Source: an uncultured virus (IMG/VR IMGVR_UViG_3300033148_005029) (taxonomy: Duplodnaviria > Heunggongvirae > Uroviricota > Caudoviricetes). Taken from it: a stretch of 64,000 bases of DNA. Below the pieces are notes generated by a model. That model was not told the origin of the DNA. It saw only the letters and a program-made list of their open reading frames with translations, and ran no database searches. Both the position numbers and the translations under genes were made by a program. Position 1 is the stretch's first letter. Every line of letters begins with the position of its first letter. The stretch lies in IMG/VR virus record IMGVR_UViG_3300033148_005029. One strand, written 5' to 3'. This document shows positions 7,655 through 17,551 of this stretch, piece after piece.

Positions 7655-10141
7655 ATGCGACCGGAGCATCTCGACGTCATTCTTGAGCGTGTCGGTGCGG
7701 CGATGCAGGGCAACGCTGTAGCCGAAGCGCAGCAGAGCGTCGATGAGGTAGACAGAGGCTTCGAGTCGTTTGAGGAAGGCACGCGGGCGGAGCAGTTTCG
7801 CTGCAAAGCGCTGTTTTCTGGGGGTGGGTCTGGCTCTGGTAAGGGTTTTGTTCTGGACAACACCGTCCGCGGCCTCGGGCTTCGTATCCTCAACTCCGAT
7901 GACGTCCTTGAGGCGCTTGCGGCAAGCCCGGTCACGCGTGAGCGCTTGCAGAAGAAGCGCGACGCGAAGGGTGCAGAGGGCGACATCACCGGGAAAGGCT
8001 ACGGTCGTCGTGGCGCCGTGATCGACCTCAAGACCGAGCTGATGGGCAAGTTCGTCCAGAAGGAGCTGCGCCCCTACTCGAAGCGTCGGTACAAGAACAA
8101 AGCGCATATGACGATGGACCGCCGCAACGGTCTCGTCTTCGACGTGACCGGTGCCAACCTCGGGACCATCCAGAAGTTCTATAAGGAGCTTACTGAGCGG
8201 GGTTACGACTGCGGGATGATCTTCGTCAGTGTGAAGATTCCGACTGCGCAGACGCGTGACCTCAAGCGTAAGCGTTCGCTCGGCCCGGAAGAGGTCGAGA
8301 AAGTTCACATCAAGGCTAACGCCAACGTCTCGAAGCTGGCTCAGCTGTTCGGTGCGGAGAATTTTCGCATCGTGGTGAACGAGAATGTCAGGGGTACGAA
8401 GCGGCCGACGGCGAAGAAGGACCGCTCCCTTCCCGAGGCAATCCGTAGCGGCGCGACGATGATGCGTGCTGTCAAAGGGCGGAAAGCGCAGCAGCAGGCT
8501 ACGGTCAGCTCCGACCAGTGGACCATCAACCAGCAGCTCATACTGCAGAAGTTCAAGGACGCTCGTAGTTGGGCGACGAAGTGGCTCAAGAGGCCCATCC
8601 GGAACCCCGTCGGCAAGGCGTACCTTGCGAGCCTGAAGGAGGCGGTTGCCGCGGACGCGGGGCTCGTCGAGAAGGCGGAGATGTACGTCGTCTACCGCAA
8701 GGACGGCACCGGCTTCATCTACGAGCAGATGTTCTACGACCAGCTGACTGCTCGGGCGTTCGCACGTCGCATCAAGGGCTCCGTCATCATGGACCCGGCG
8801 AAGGTGCCCGACAGGATCGGCAACCTCTCGCAGCTCGGCGGGAGCGTGGTCGAGGGGGCGGGGGTGCTCAACGAGTGGGGGTATCGGCAGCAGCGTCGCA
8901 CGAAGACCCTCAGCCGTCCGGCCGACGAGATCGCGAAGGCTCTCTCGTTTGAGGCCGCTGTCGTGTTGTTCGGGAGCACGCAGTTCAAGTCTCCCAAGTA
9001 CAAGCTCGCGCAGGAAAGCTTTCGTCTACGCATCTCGAAGGCTGAGTGGGAGAAGGGTCGTAAGGAGCTGACGGGTCACGGCATAGCCAACAAGGCGGGG
9101 AACGTCACCTACAAGCTCGCAACTCCGGTGCGCACCGAGTTGGAGAAGATCGTCGGGGCGCGGACGGACTTCCGGCTTGGGATGGCGCTGACGAAGCACT
9201 ACAACCGCTCGAAGGCGTTCATGGGCGACCCGTGGGATAATGCCGAGAAGCGTCGGTTCGACCTGAGGGACGGTCACTGGTACAGCACCGGCGACTACAA
9301 GCCCCTCCCGGAGGCGGCCGACATCGACGAGCGCGGCTACAAGGCCAACCCGAAGGCATACGCGCAGGCGATGGCGAAGGCCGGAGCGAAGCCTTCCCGT
9401 GTTTGGTTGACCGTCGCAAACCTCGTGCAGTCGGCGGCGAAGAAGATGGGGAACGCTGTTCGCAACATGTCAGACGAGAAGGAGCGTGCCGCGTCGCTCG
9501 GACCCCTGAACACGATTCTGGACCTGACCGATGTTTCTATGGCTACTCAGGCATCGCGCTCGCATCGTGCTGAGACGGTCAAGCAGGTAGCTGCAGCGCG
9601 GGACGCAGCGCAGCGTAGTGGTTCACCGCTCTACTCCGCGCTCAACGACCTCTATCGCAAGATCCGCGCGACGACGTACAACGAGTCGGCCGAAGACCTC
9701 GACGAGTTCTTCTGGCGGAAGCGCGACAAGGGCAAGTTCGCGGCGAAGGGGCAGGGTCAGGAGCCCGCGCCACGCAAGAAGGTACGCTCGAACATCGCCA
9801 GCGACGACTACGCGAAGGCGCTTGCTCAGGCGAAGTCCGACCCGCGCTACAAGGACGAGCTGAAGCACAAGCTCGCGAAGGCGGAGAGCGCGAACGACCG
9901 CACCGGCGTCGAGCTGACGGAGCCGGCGGGACTCGTCAAGCCCGGTCAGGAAGGCGAGTGGAAGCGCGCGAAGGCGGCAGCTTCCCAGCAGTACCCGGGC
10001 ATGGAGGCGAAGGACAAGGACCGCTTCTACGCCGTCACGAACACGATCTTCGGATCGATGACCGGGCGGAGGAAAGAGGAGAGCATGACAGAGCGCACTG
10101 CCAACCTCCTCACCGAGCGGATGACCGGCATCCGGGGGTAG
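7655..10141 (+). CDS. Modular polyprotein with an N-terminal zeta-toxin/AAA_33-like P-loop kinase and several small basic modules
   Basis: KALFSGGGSGSGKG (Walker A), ILNSDD, LVFDVTG and GYDCGMIFVSVKIPTAQTRDLKRKRSL; downstream modules are bounded by acidic xxE linkers. Confidence 0.8.
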   Translation: MRPEHLDVILERVGAAMQGNAVAEAQQSVDEVDRGFESFEEGTRAEQFRCKALFSGGGSGSGKGFVLDNTVRGLGLRILNSDDVLEALAASPVTRERLQKKRDAKGAEGDITGKGYGRRGAVIDLKTELMGKFVQKELRPYSKRRYKNKAHMTMDRRNGLVFDVTGANLGTIQKFYKELTERGYDCGMIFVSVKIPTAQTRDLKRKRSLGPEEVEKVHIKANANVSKLAQLFGAENFRIVVNENVRGTKRPTAKKDRSLPEAIRSGATMMRAVKGRKAQQQATVSSDQWTINQQLILQKFKDARSWATKWLKRPIRNPVGKAYLASLKEAVAADAGLVEKAEMYVVYRKDGTGFIYEQMFYDQLTARAFARRIKGSVIMDPAKVPDRIGNLSQLGGSVVEGAGVLNEWGYRQQRRTKTLSRPADEIAKALSFEAAVVLFGSTQFKSPKYKLAQESFRLRISKAEWEKGRKELTGHGIANKAGNVTYKLATPVRTELEKIVGARTDFRLGMALTKHYNRSKAFMGDPWDNAEKRRFDLRDGHWYSTGDYKPLPEAADIDERGYKANPKAYAQAMAKAGAKPSRVWLTVANLVQSAAKKMGNAVRNMSDEKERAASLGPLNTILDLTDVSMATQASRSHRAETVKQVAAARDAAQRSGSPLYSALNDLYRKIRATTYNESAEDLDEFFWRKRDKGKFAAKGQGQEPAPRKKVRSNIASDDYAKALAQAKSDPRYKDELKHKLAKAESANDRTGVELTEPAGLVKPGQEGEWKRAKAAASQQYPGMEAKDKDRFYAVTNTIFGSMTGRRKEESMTERTANLLTERMTGIRG

Positions 10142-10145
10142 TGCG

Positions 10146-13100
10146 ATGCCCGAGCTGACCGAACGACAGGAAGTTCTCGACGACGCCGCGATCAAGCGGA
10201 TGCGGAAGGACTACCTGATGCTGATGCGGAACATCGACCGCGTCACGTCTCCGCGGGCGCACGCGGTCCTGAAGAAAGGCGCGAAGACCTTCGCTCAGCA
10301 CCTCGTAGAACTCATCGTCGGTGACTGGTTCGACACGGCCGACGCGCCTATCAAGACGATCCTCCTGAAGCACAACGTCCCGGAGCGGGAAGCGAAGGCG
10401 GTGCAGCAGCTTGCTCAGAAAGCGCTGTACATGCTGGAACACGAGCTGACGATGATCCCGGATTGGCAGGATTGGGGGGAGGCGTCGCGCAAGGGGGCGA
10501 AAGCGTCAGACTCAGTCCGATGGCGGAAGCGGGTCGATAAGCACGCTCGTCAGGTCTGGAAGGACTTGGACTACGTCTCCAAGTACGTCAAGCGCGTCAG
10601 CGGGTCCACGCCGGTCGTCGGGAAGGCAGAGACGAGCTTCGACGTCGCGGGCATCCCGGTTCGCGTCACGGGGACGCTGAAGTACCCGGATGCGTTCCGT
10701 ACGGGGATGAAGGACGCGGTTCAGCGGATCAAGAAGGTACTCCCGTGGGCGATGCGGTACCGCCTCCCGGTACAGATCATCGACATGGACATGAGGGCAG
10801 ACGGCACGTACAACCGTGCAACGAAGCTCATCCGTATGTCGCACTGGTTGCACGAACCGCGCCGCGTGTCTCAGGTGTACGTTCACGAGATGGGGCATCA
10901 CCTCTGGCAGCAGCTCGGGCAGGACGCGAAGGACTACTACCGCGCGGCCGGGAACGCGAACGCGAAGAAGCTGAGCGTCCGCAAGCTGCTCGATGAGTGG
11001 CCCGAGGGCGCTCTCGGTCTGCTCGGGTACGCGAGGCAGCTTGAGAACTCTGATCCCATCCTCTCCGTGCAGCTGCAGTCGATCGAGATGGGTTACGCGT
11101 CGCGCTCTGCGTCGGACAAGACAAGCCTATTGACGCTTCTCGATCGTGGTGTAGAGCACATTACGGTCGACGGGCACCCGGTGACGTACTACGCCGCAAA
11201 GAACTCGGAAGAGAACTTCTGCGAGGTACTCGGGGCGCTCATCTCGTTCGGTCCGCGCACCGTTCACCCGCTCGTCAAGGCGCTCATGAAGCACGTACTC
11301 GGCTCCCGCTTGAAGCTCTCGGAGGCGACGATGGACACAACCGCGCCCACGAAGGCTCCGTGGCATTCCTGCACGGATTGCGACTACGGTATTCCCAAGT
11401 ACGTGGGCCGCTACCCCCAACATTGCCCGAACTGCGGATGCAAGCTCGGGGGCCAGTCGGGCTACCCGAGCATGAAGCGGCGCCTCCCGACGCGCACCGC
11501 GGACCCGGGGCCGGGCATTCCCCTTGAGGAGCGCGCAGCCTTCGAGGCGTGCATGCACGACGTAGCGCGTGGGGTGAGCTTCCCCGGCGTCACTTACACG
11601 CTCACGGAGGGCGGCGTTGCGGCGTTCCGCTACGCGCCCGACCACCTCGCGATCACGCCGACGGTCATCCGCGTCTCGCTCGACGAGGTCAGCATCCCGG
11701 CAGTCGAGGCGGAGGTCATCAAGCTCGCCGAGACGGTCGACACGCTGATGGTTGATAGCGCCATCGATGAGGGCACGCTGTCAGAGAGAAGGCAGGCCGT
11801 ACTGTCGACGAAGCACTTCGACAAGATGCGCACCGAGTGGAAGCGTATGTTGAAGCCACTCTTCACGAAGGGGCGCGGTACGCTTGAGACCGAGGCGGCG
11901 GACTCCGTCTACGCGGGAAAGTTCGAGGAGTTCGTGCGGGCGTCGTTCGAGTTTCTGGCGCACGAAGTTCCGGTTCTCCCTTCGTTGATATGGTGGTACG
12001 AAAAAGCCGACAACATCACGGGGCCGGCGAAGGCGATAGCGGATAAGTTCGCGGGCGCTTACCTGTGGTCCGAGACGTTCTACAAGCGCAAGTCTGTTCG
12101 TCCCGCGGAGGACTACAAGAAGTTCTACGGAGGCAAGGCGGAGAAGTTCCTGGAGATGTTCGTGAAGCTCCGCAGGGCTGTCGAACACTCGGGGTTTACG
12201 CTCGACAGCTGTAGGCTTATGGGAAAGGCTTCGACCCGCAACATCGATCTCGACATCAAGTACAACAACGTCTTTCGTGAGCACCTTTGGAAACTGTGGC
12301 AGGAACGCGACCCGAGCAGCTTCGATAAGAACGTGAAGAACTTCTTCGCCGGCCCGCACGACGAATCTGCACGTGAGCCGATGGCGGAGTACGCGAAGAC
12401 GCTACCTCGCGAGCTGACCGACTTGAAGTACCAGGACGTTGAGACGAGGCACGTAGACCTTGAGCACGCGGGGAAAGCGGTTCTCGCGAAGCTCGACAAG
12501 GTTCTCAAGTTCTTGAAGGGTGGCGTTGCGACTGCGAGCTATCCCGAGTACATGATGAAGCAGATCGCTACGCAGAACCTCGGTCGTGAGAAAGTGCGTG
12601 GTGAGAAGCTTGCGGTAACGGCGGACGTCGTGCGCGGGAACGACAACGTCGCCGGCTTCCGTGTCGAGAACGACATAGGGCTTCCGCGTCACGCTTGGGA
12701 GAGCTTTGCGAAGGTAGTAGCTCTCGTAGCACGTGGGTTGAAGCGTAAGGGTCTCGGCTTCCTCATCAAGCGCGTGGTCGTTCACGTCAAACCAAAAACC
12801 ATGCGCACGTTCACCGTCAAGGATACTGGAGAGAAGAGCCTGTATGGTGGCTCCTACAACCTGTCTCCCGGGTACGACATGTTGGATCTCAAGTATGGAA
12901 TGAGAACAGATCCGAGTTCAAAGCAGAAGCTCAGTAAGAGCACGCCGACGGCGAAGGGCAAGGGCGTCGTCGTCATGAACTACGACACCGCCAGCATACC
13001 GTCTGAGCAGGACGTGGCGCGCATCTTCACACACGAGATCGGGCATCACTACTACTTCGCTTTCCTGCCGCCGAAGGCTCGCGCCGCCTACCGGCACTTC

Positions 13101-16100
13101 TTTGGTTTGGCAACCAGCTTCCCGTCAGCCTACGCGAAGAGCCAGGCGATCGAGGACTTCGCCGAAATCTTCACGGCATGGGTGCTGAAGGGCACTGGGC
13201 TGATGAAGACCGGCGAGTACAAGCCGCTCGACGACGACATGATGCAACGCTTCCGCGGTGCGATTCGTCTCGATCCGGCCGCGAAGGGCGTCAAGCTCGC
13301 CGAAACGGTCGGCACGCTGATGGTGGACGACGTCACCGATGAGGACATGCTGCTCGACCCGCGCACGAAGCTGCCGGTCCCGTCGGCGGAGCCGCTTGCA
13401 GAGAGGGCGGCGCTGTCGACCACGTTCTTCAACAAGGTGCGGACCCTGTGGAAGCAGGAGCTGAAGCCGCTGCTCATGAAGGGGCACGGCACGACGCACA
13501 CCGCGGACGAAGATGACGCGGCGGCATCCGGCTTGAAGTCGTTCTCGGCGACGGCGTTTGCGTTTCTCACGCATGAGGCTCCGATCCTGCCTACGCTTTC
13601 ATGGTGGTACGACGACTACACAAGCAAGGCTGCGCTGACGGCCATCCATGACAAGTTCGCCGGGGAGAACCTGTGGTACACCAAGATGCGTGGCGATGCG
13701 GACAAGTTCTACGCGGATAAGGCGAAGCGCTTCACCGAGCTATTCCAGCAGTTCCGCGAGGCGCTCAACAGCGGGTTGACGCAGCTGCAGTATGCGAAGG
13801 GCTCGACGCGTCCGCAGGTACTCGCTTACTTCGCGAAGCAGGCGATGAGCGACAACGAGCAGCGCAAGAAGGCATGGGCGTTTTGGAAGCGGGCGCATCC
13901 GAAGCGCTTCGCGCGAGAGACTGCCGTCTTGGACGGACCGATGGATGAGACGCAGGATCATCTGTTCATCGACTACATGATCGAGATGTTCAGGGAGCAG
14001 ACACGCTCTGCACTCGACGACTCCGATCGCCGGCACACAGAGCTGAAGACCGCGGGCGACGTCATCCTCAGCTCGATCGACGTGCTCTTCAAGTTCCTGA
14101 AGGACGGCATCGCTACGTCCGGCTATCACACGGGCGCGCAGGCGGAGATCGCGCAGAAGTTCCTGGGCCGGGACGTGAAGAAGGGCGAGAAGCTCGCGGT
14201 TACGAGCGACGTCGTGCGTGGGAACGACAACGTCGCCGGCTTCCGTGTCGAGAACGACGCCGGTTTGGAGAAGTCCACTTGGGAGGGCTTCTCCAAGGTG
14301 TTGGCTCTCATCGCTCGCGGGCTGAAGCGCAGAGGGCTGGGCTTCTTGGTGAAGCGCGCGACCGTGACCGTTCGCCCGCGCAAGGGGAAGACGGTCAACG
14401 TGATGGCGACCGGCGATGACTCGGCTCAGGGGGGCTCCTACAAGTTTGGCGGGCTTGACGCTCCTTCGGCAACGGCTCCTGCGAAGGCGCGGCCGTACCG
14501 TCCGAGCAGCCCGACGACTACGGGGAAGGGCGCCATCTCGCTGTTCGTTGACGAGGTGTACCGGATGCCCGCGCGCGACATAGCGGTCGTCTTCACGCAT
14601 GAGCTTGGGCACCACTACTACTTCGCCTTCCTGCCGCCGAAGTCGCGTGAGGCGTACAAGGTCTTCTTCCAGCGTGCGACGAGCTTCCCGACCGCGTACG
14701 CGAAGAACAACGCAGGCGAGGACTTCGCCGAAATCTTCACAGCGCTGGTGCTGAAGGGCACCGGATTGATGAAGACGGGTCACTACAAGCCGCTCGACAA
14801 CGACATGATGCAGCGCTTTAAGGCTGCCATCGACATGGACCCGAAGGCGAAGAGCGTCAAGCTGGGCGAGTCCTTCGAGGAAAGTCTCTGGGAGCGCGTG
14901 AAGGATTCGCTTGGGATGCCGCGCTCCAAGATGCCGCAGATTCGCTCGGATCTCGTGCCGGAGTTCCTGGAGTTCCTGGGCGGGAACGACGTCAAGGTCA
15001 CGCGCAGGACGATGCCGGCAAACCGTCTCAAGCCGACGCAGAACGAGCTGAACAAGTCGAAGCTCGACTACATGGTGACGAAGGGGGTGAAGCAGCTTCT
15101 CAAGCCGATGATCGTGTCGTCTGACCACTACGTCCTTGACGGACACCATCGGCTTGGCGCTCTGCGGGTGAAGAATCCGAAGGCAGAGGTGCCGGTCATC
15201 GTGGTCGACCTGCACATCATGCGGCTGCTTCAGGTCGCGCACAAGTTCGCGAAGGTCGGGTACAAGAAGCTTAGCGAGGCGATCGGCGGACCGAACCCGG
15301 TTCCGACGGTGAACCCGAAGGCGGACTCGGCGGACGTCCCGGTTGCTCCGACGGACAGCACCGGCGTCGGCTCGTCGTTCAACGCAGCGCTTGGCGTGAA
15401 CGAAGCGGAAGGCATCTTGCAGAGGCTCAAGAGCAAGACGAAGTTCGTGCTCAAGGTGCTCCGGAACGCGAAGATCGGCTTCGCGAGTGTGACGCCGACG
15501 GCTCGCGCCGACAACCCGGCCGACAAACCGCTGCAGCTCAACTTCTTCAGCCCGCAGATGAAGCCGAACCCGATCCCGCACATCTACGTCGCGAACGCGG
15601 CCGACGCTTTCCGTCAGCTGCTCGGGCTGGGCATCCGGGAGCCGCAGCTCGCCGTCCACATGGTGACGGAAGCGGCGACGATGGCGTTCCTTCGTGACGC
15701 GTGGCTGCTGGAGAGCAAGCGTACGAAGTACAAGTCGGCCATCGCGGTCGTCGTGAAGAACCGCGTGAAGGGGCCGGCGGAAGTGCTCATCGGCAAGGCG
15801 TCGGACACCGGAGACGACCGCACCGGTACGTGGTGTCTCCCTGGCGGGGGCATCTCCCCGGACGACGATGACGAGCACGACGCCGCCGCGCGCGAGGCGT
15901 GGGAAGAGATGGGTGTCACGGCAACGCCCACCGGCAAGAGCGTCGAGATGCCGGGGCGGCCGGGCATCATCTTCTGCTACCTCGATTACGTCGAAGGCGA
16001 CCCGAAACCGAACGCGGAGTTCACGGCGGCGAAATGGCTGCCGGTCGCGGACGCGTGGAAGACGAAGGGGCTCTACAGCACGACGGAGCCCCTCATTCAG

Positions 16101-16640
16101 CGCCTCAGCGGCGAGATGAAGGTGACGGAAGCTTTCCCGACACGTAAGAGCAAGCCGGCGAACACGGGCGGCCGGTCGCTCGTCGGCGGGGAGCCGGCTG
16201 CGACGGAAAAGAAGCCCGGCAACAGCTTCGAGACGGACGACAAGAAGGACAACGCCTTCGACCCCGCGGACCGCGACAAGACGGGGACCGTATCGCAGGA
16301 CGACGCGCGTGCGGAGAAGAAGCTCGACATGCCGGATCAGGCGAGCGACGAGCTTGACCCGGCGGAGAGCGACGAGATGCAACAGGACGGACAGCAGCCC
16401 GGCGAGGAAGGACCGCCGCAGCCGGGGCAGCCGGCGACTCCGACCGGGCCGAAGAGCATCATGTTGCGCTTCCCTGACATGTCGATGGCGTCTGACGCTG
16501 ACCAGTGGTTCAAGTCAATGAACGTCGATACGCAGCTTGACGGTATCGAACTCACGGCCACAGCTAAGGATGCGACCGATCTGGAGGTCATTTCTCGTAC
16601 TGCGACAGCGTACGGGTTGGAGCTTTCGGACGCGGCGTAG
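10146..16640 (+). CDS. 2164-aa polyvalent protein: three HExxH zincin metallopeptidase-like modules, a Zn ribbon, a ParB/Srx-like module and a Nudix hydrolase
   Basis: HEMGHH..EENFCE, HEIGHH..EDFAE and HELGHH..EDFAE; CTDC..CPNCG; LKPTQNE..MIVSSDHYVLDGHHR; WCLPGGG..AAAREAWEEMG. Confidence 0.88.
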   Translation: MPELTERQEVLDDAAIKRMRKDYLMLMRNIDRVTSPRAHAVLKKGAKTFAQHLVELIVGDWFDTADAPIKTILLKHNVPEREAKAVQQLAQKALYMLEHELTMIPDWQDWGEASRKGAKASDSVRWRKRVDKHARQVWKDLDYVSKYVKRVSGSTPVVGKAETSFDVAGIPVRVTGTLKYPDAFRTGMKDAVQRIKKVLPWAMRYRLPVQIIDMDMRADGTYNRATKLIRMSHWLHEPRRVSQVYVHEMGHHLWQQLGQDAKDYYRAAGNANAKKLSVRKLLDEWPEGALGLLGYARQLENSDPILSVQLQSIEMGYASRSASDKTSLLTLLDRGVEHITVDGHPVTYYAAKNSEENFCEVLGALISFGPRTVHPLVKALMKHVLGSRLKLSEATMDTTAPTKAPWHSCTDCDYGIPKYVGRYPQHCPNCGCKLGGQSGYPSMKRRLPTRTADPGPGIPLEERAAFEACMHDVARGVSFPGVTYTLTEGGVAAFRYAPDHLAITPTVIRVSLDEVSIPAVEAEVIKLAETVDTLMVDSAIDEGTLSERRQAVLSTKHFDKMRTEWKRMLKPLFTKGRGTLETEAADSVYAGKFEEFVRASFEFLAHEVPVLPSLIWWYEKADNITGPAKAIADKFAGAYLWSETFYKRKSVRPAEDYKKFYGGKAEKFLEMFVKLRRAVEHSGFTLDSCRLMGKASTRNIDLDIKYNNVFREHLWKLWQERDPSSFDKNVKNFFAGPHDESAREPMAEYAKTLPRELTDLKYQDVETRHVDLEHAGKAVLAKLDKVLKFLKGGVATASYPEYMMKQIATQNLGREKVRGEKLAVTADVVRGNDNVAGFRVENDIGLPRHAWESFAKVVALVARGLKRKGLGFLIKRVVVHVKPKTMRTFTVKDTGEKSLYGGSYNLSPGYDMLDLKYGMRTDPSSKQKLSKSTPTAKGKGVVVMNYDTASIPSEQDVARIFTHEIGHHYYFAFLPPKARAAYRHFFGLATSFPSAYAKSQAIEDFAEIFTAWVLKGTGLMKTGEYKPLDDDMMQRFRGAIRLDPAAKGVKLAETVGTLMVDDVTDEDMLLDPRTKLPVPSAEPLAERAALSTTFFNKVRTLWKQELKPLLMKGHGTTHTADEDDAAASGLKSFSATAFAFLTHEAPILPTLSWWYDDYTSKAALTAIHDKFAGENLWYTKMRGDADKFYADKAKRFTELFQQFREALNSGLTQLQYAKGSTRPQVLAYFAKQAMSDNEQRKKAWAFWKRAHPKRFARETAVLDGPMDETQDHLFIDYMIEMFREQTRSALDDSDRRHTELKTAGDVILSSIDVLFKFLKDGIATSGYHTGAQAEIAQKFLGRDVKKGEKLAVTSDVVRGNDNVAGFRVENDAGLEKSTWEGFSKVLALIARGLKRRGLGFLVKRATVTVRPRKGKTVNVMATGDDSAQGGSYKFGGLDAPSATAPAKARPYRPSSPTTTGKGAISLFVDEVYRMPARDIAVVFTHELGHHYYFAFLPPKSREAYKVFFQRATSFPTAYAKNNAGEDFAEIFTALVLKGTGLMKTGHYKPLDNDMMQRFKAAIDMDPKAKSVKLGESFEESLWERVKDSLGMPRSKMPQIRSDLVPEFLEFLGGNDVKVTRRTMPANRLKPTQNELNKSKLDYMVTKGVKQLLKPMIVSSDHYVLDGHHRLGALRVKNPKAEVPVIVVDLHIMRLLQVAHKFAKVGYKKLSEAIGGPNPVPTVNPKADSADVPVAPTDSTGVGSSFNAALGVNEAEGILQRLKSKTKFVLKVLRNAKIGFASVTPTARADNPADKPLQLNFFSPQMKPNPIPHIYVANAADAFRQLLGLGIREPQLAVHMVTEAATMAFLRDAWLLESKRTKYKSAIAVVVKNRVKGPAEVLIGKASDTGDDRTGTWCLPGGGISPDDDDEHDAAAREAWEEMGVTATPTGKSVEMPGRPGIIFCYLDYVEGDPKPNAEFTAAKWLPVADAWKTKGLYSTTEPLIQRLSGEMKVTEAFPTRKSKPANTGGRSLVGGEPAATEKKPGNSFETDDKKDNAFDPADRDKTGTVSQDDARAEKKLDMPDQASDELDPAESDEMQQDGQQPGEEGPPQPGQPATPTGPKSIMLRFPDMSMASDADQWFKSMNVDTQLDGIELTATAKDATDLEVISRTATAYGLELSDAA
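11721..14870 (+). repeat. Intragenic tandem duplication of two units of about 1.57 kb (11721-13292 and 13293-14870)
   Basis: Both units begin KLAETV(D/G)TLMVD and share DVVRGNDNVAGFRVEND, FTHE(I/L)GHHYYFAFLPPK and EDFAEIFTA.VLKGTGLMKTG.YKPLD.DMMQRF. Confidence 0.9.
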
Positions 16641-16663
16641 TGGGGACTCTTTTTCGAGAGTAT

Positions 16664-16692
16664 TTGACAAGTCCTGGCGGGTGCAGTAACTT
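16664..16692 (+). promoter_or_regulatory. Sigma70-like promoter
   Basis: TTGACA-17 nt-TAACTT upstream of a small ORF. Confidence 0.6.
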
Positions 16693-16725
16693 AGGAGTGT
16701 AAGGCACCTGTAAGGAGGGCTTGTC

Positions 16726-16893
16726 ATGGAGCTACGTCAGGAGGTCGAAGCGCTACGGGAGAAGCTCGAAGCGATGCAAGGCGTGTACGCGCGGACCATC
16801 GTTGAGAACAAGTTCCTCAAGCAGGAGTTGACGTTCCGTCGGCAACAGCGTACGAACGCTGTCCCCACGTCGGTGCGGCTGAGCGCAGCGTAG
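16726..16893 (+). CDS. 55-aa coiled-coil protein (not in the ORF track)
   Basis: RBS TAAGGAGG; MELRQEVEALREKLEAMQGVYARTIVENKFLKQELTFRRQ..; flanked by a promoter and a terminator. Confidence 0.7.
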   Translation: MELRQEVEALREKLEAMQGVYARTIVENKFLKQELTFRRQQRTNAVPTSVRLSAA

Positions 16894-16918
16894 AAAAGCA
16901 TTGTTCCCTCTCTCCTCG

Positions 16919-16956
16919 GCCCTCCCTCACCTAACGTGGGGGAGGGCTTTCCTTTT
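16919..16956 (+). terminator. Rho-independent terminator
   Basis: GCCCTCCCTCAC-ctaac-GTGGGGGAGGGC stem followed by TTTCCTTTT. Confidence 0.8.
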
Positions 16957-17011
16957 CACCCTTGTCGCAGTCGGCTATGATCGGAGGTAACCCCGACCGA
17001 GGAGGAACCCC

Positions 17012-17422
17012 GTGGCCGCCGGAAACATGACGCTTGTCGATACCGGGAAGCCTATTCTCAACAACCTCGTCTTCAAGGGGTTGTCTGAAGCCTTCACGAT
17101 GCACTTGTTCACCGTGGTCGCGGGCGGTACCGTCACGGAGGCGACGGCGCTCGGCGATCTCACCGAGGCAGACTTCCCTGGCTATGTCGCTCAGGCGATG
17201 GTCTCCGGCGACTGGACCGTTGCGGCTGCTTCGGTGTCGTCAGCTACGATGACGTTCACACACTCCGGCGGCGCTCCTCCCAACACTATCATCGGGTTCT
17301 ACCTCGTCGCGACCAGCGGCGGGGAGCTTGTGTGGATCGGTGAGCTTTCGTCGTCGGTGACACTGACGAACATCGGGGACAAGCTGGAGGTGCTCGCGAA
17401 TCCGACGGTGGACAACATTTGA
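17012..17422 (+). CDS. Putative virion structural protein
   Basis: RBS GAGGAGG; beta-rich, A/T/V/G-rich sequence (TEADFPGY, IIGFYLV) resembling fibre-associated proteins. Confidence 0.6.
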   Translation: MAAGNMTLVDTGKPILNNLVFKGLSEAFTMHLFTVVAGGTVTEATALGDLTEADFPGYVAQAMVSGDWTVAAASVSSATMTFTHSGGAPPNTIIGFYLVATSGGELVWIGELSSSVTLTNIGDKLEVLANPTVDNI

Positions 17423-17551
17423 GCGAGACGGGCGTGAGACGTGGGCTGTCATCCGATTCAGCTGGTGGCTCGGCGTTGCTAATCTGGTCCTCTGGTTCCT
17501 GATGTTGTTGCTGCTGTTCGATGCCATCCGTGCTTGTGCAGGAGACCCACT

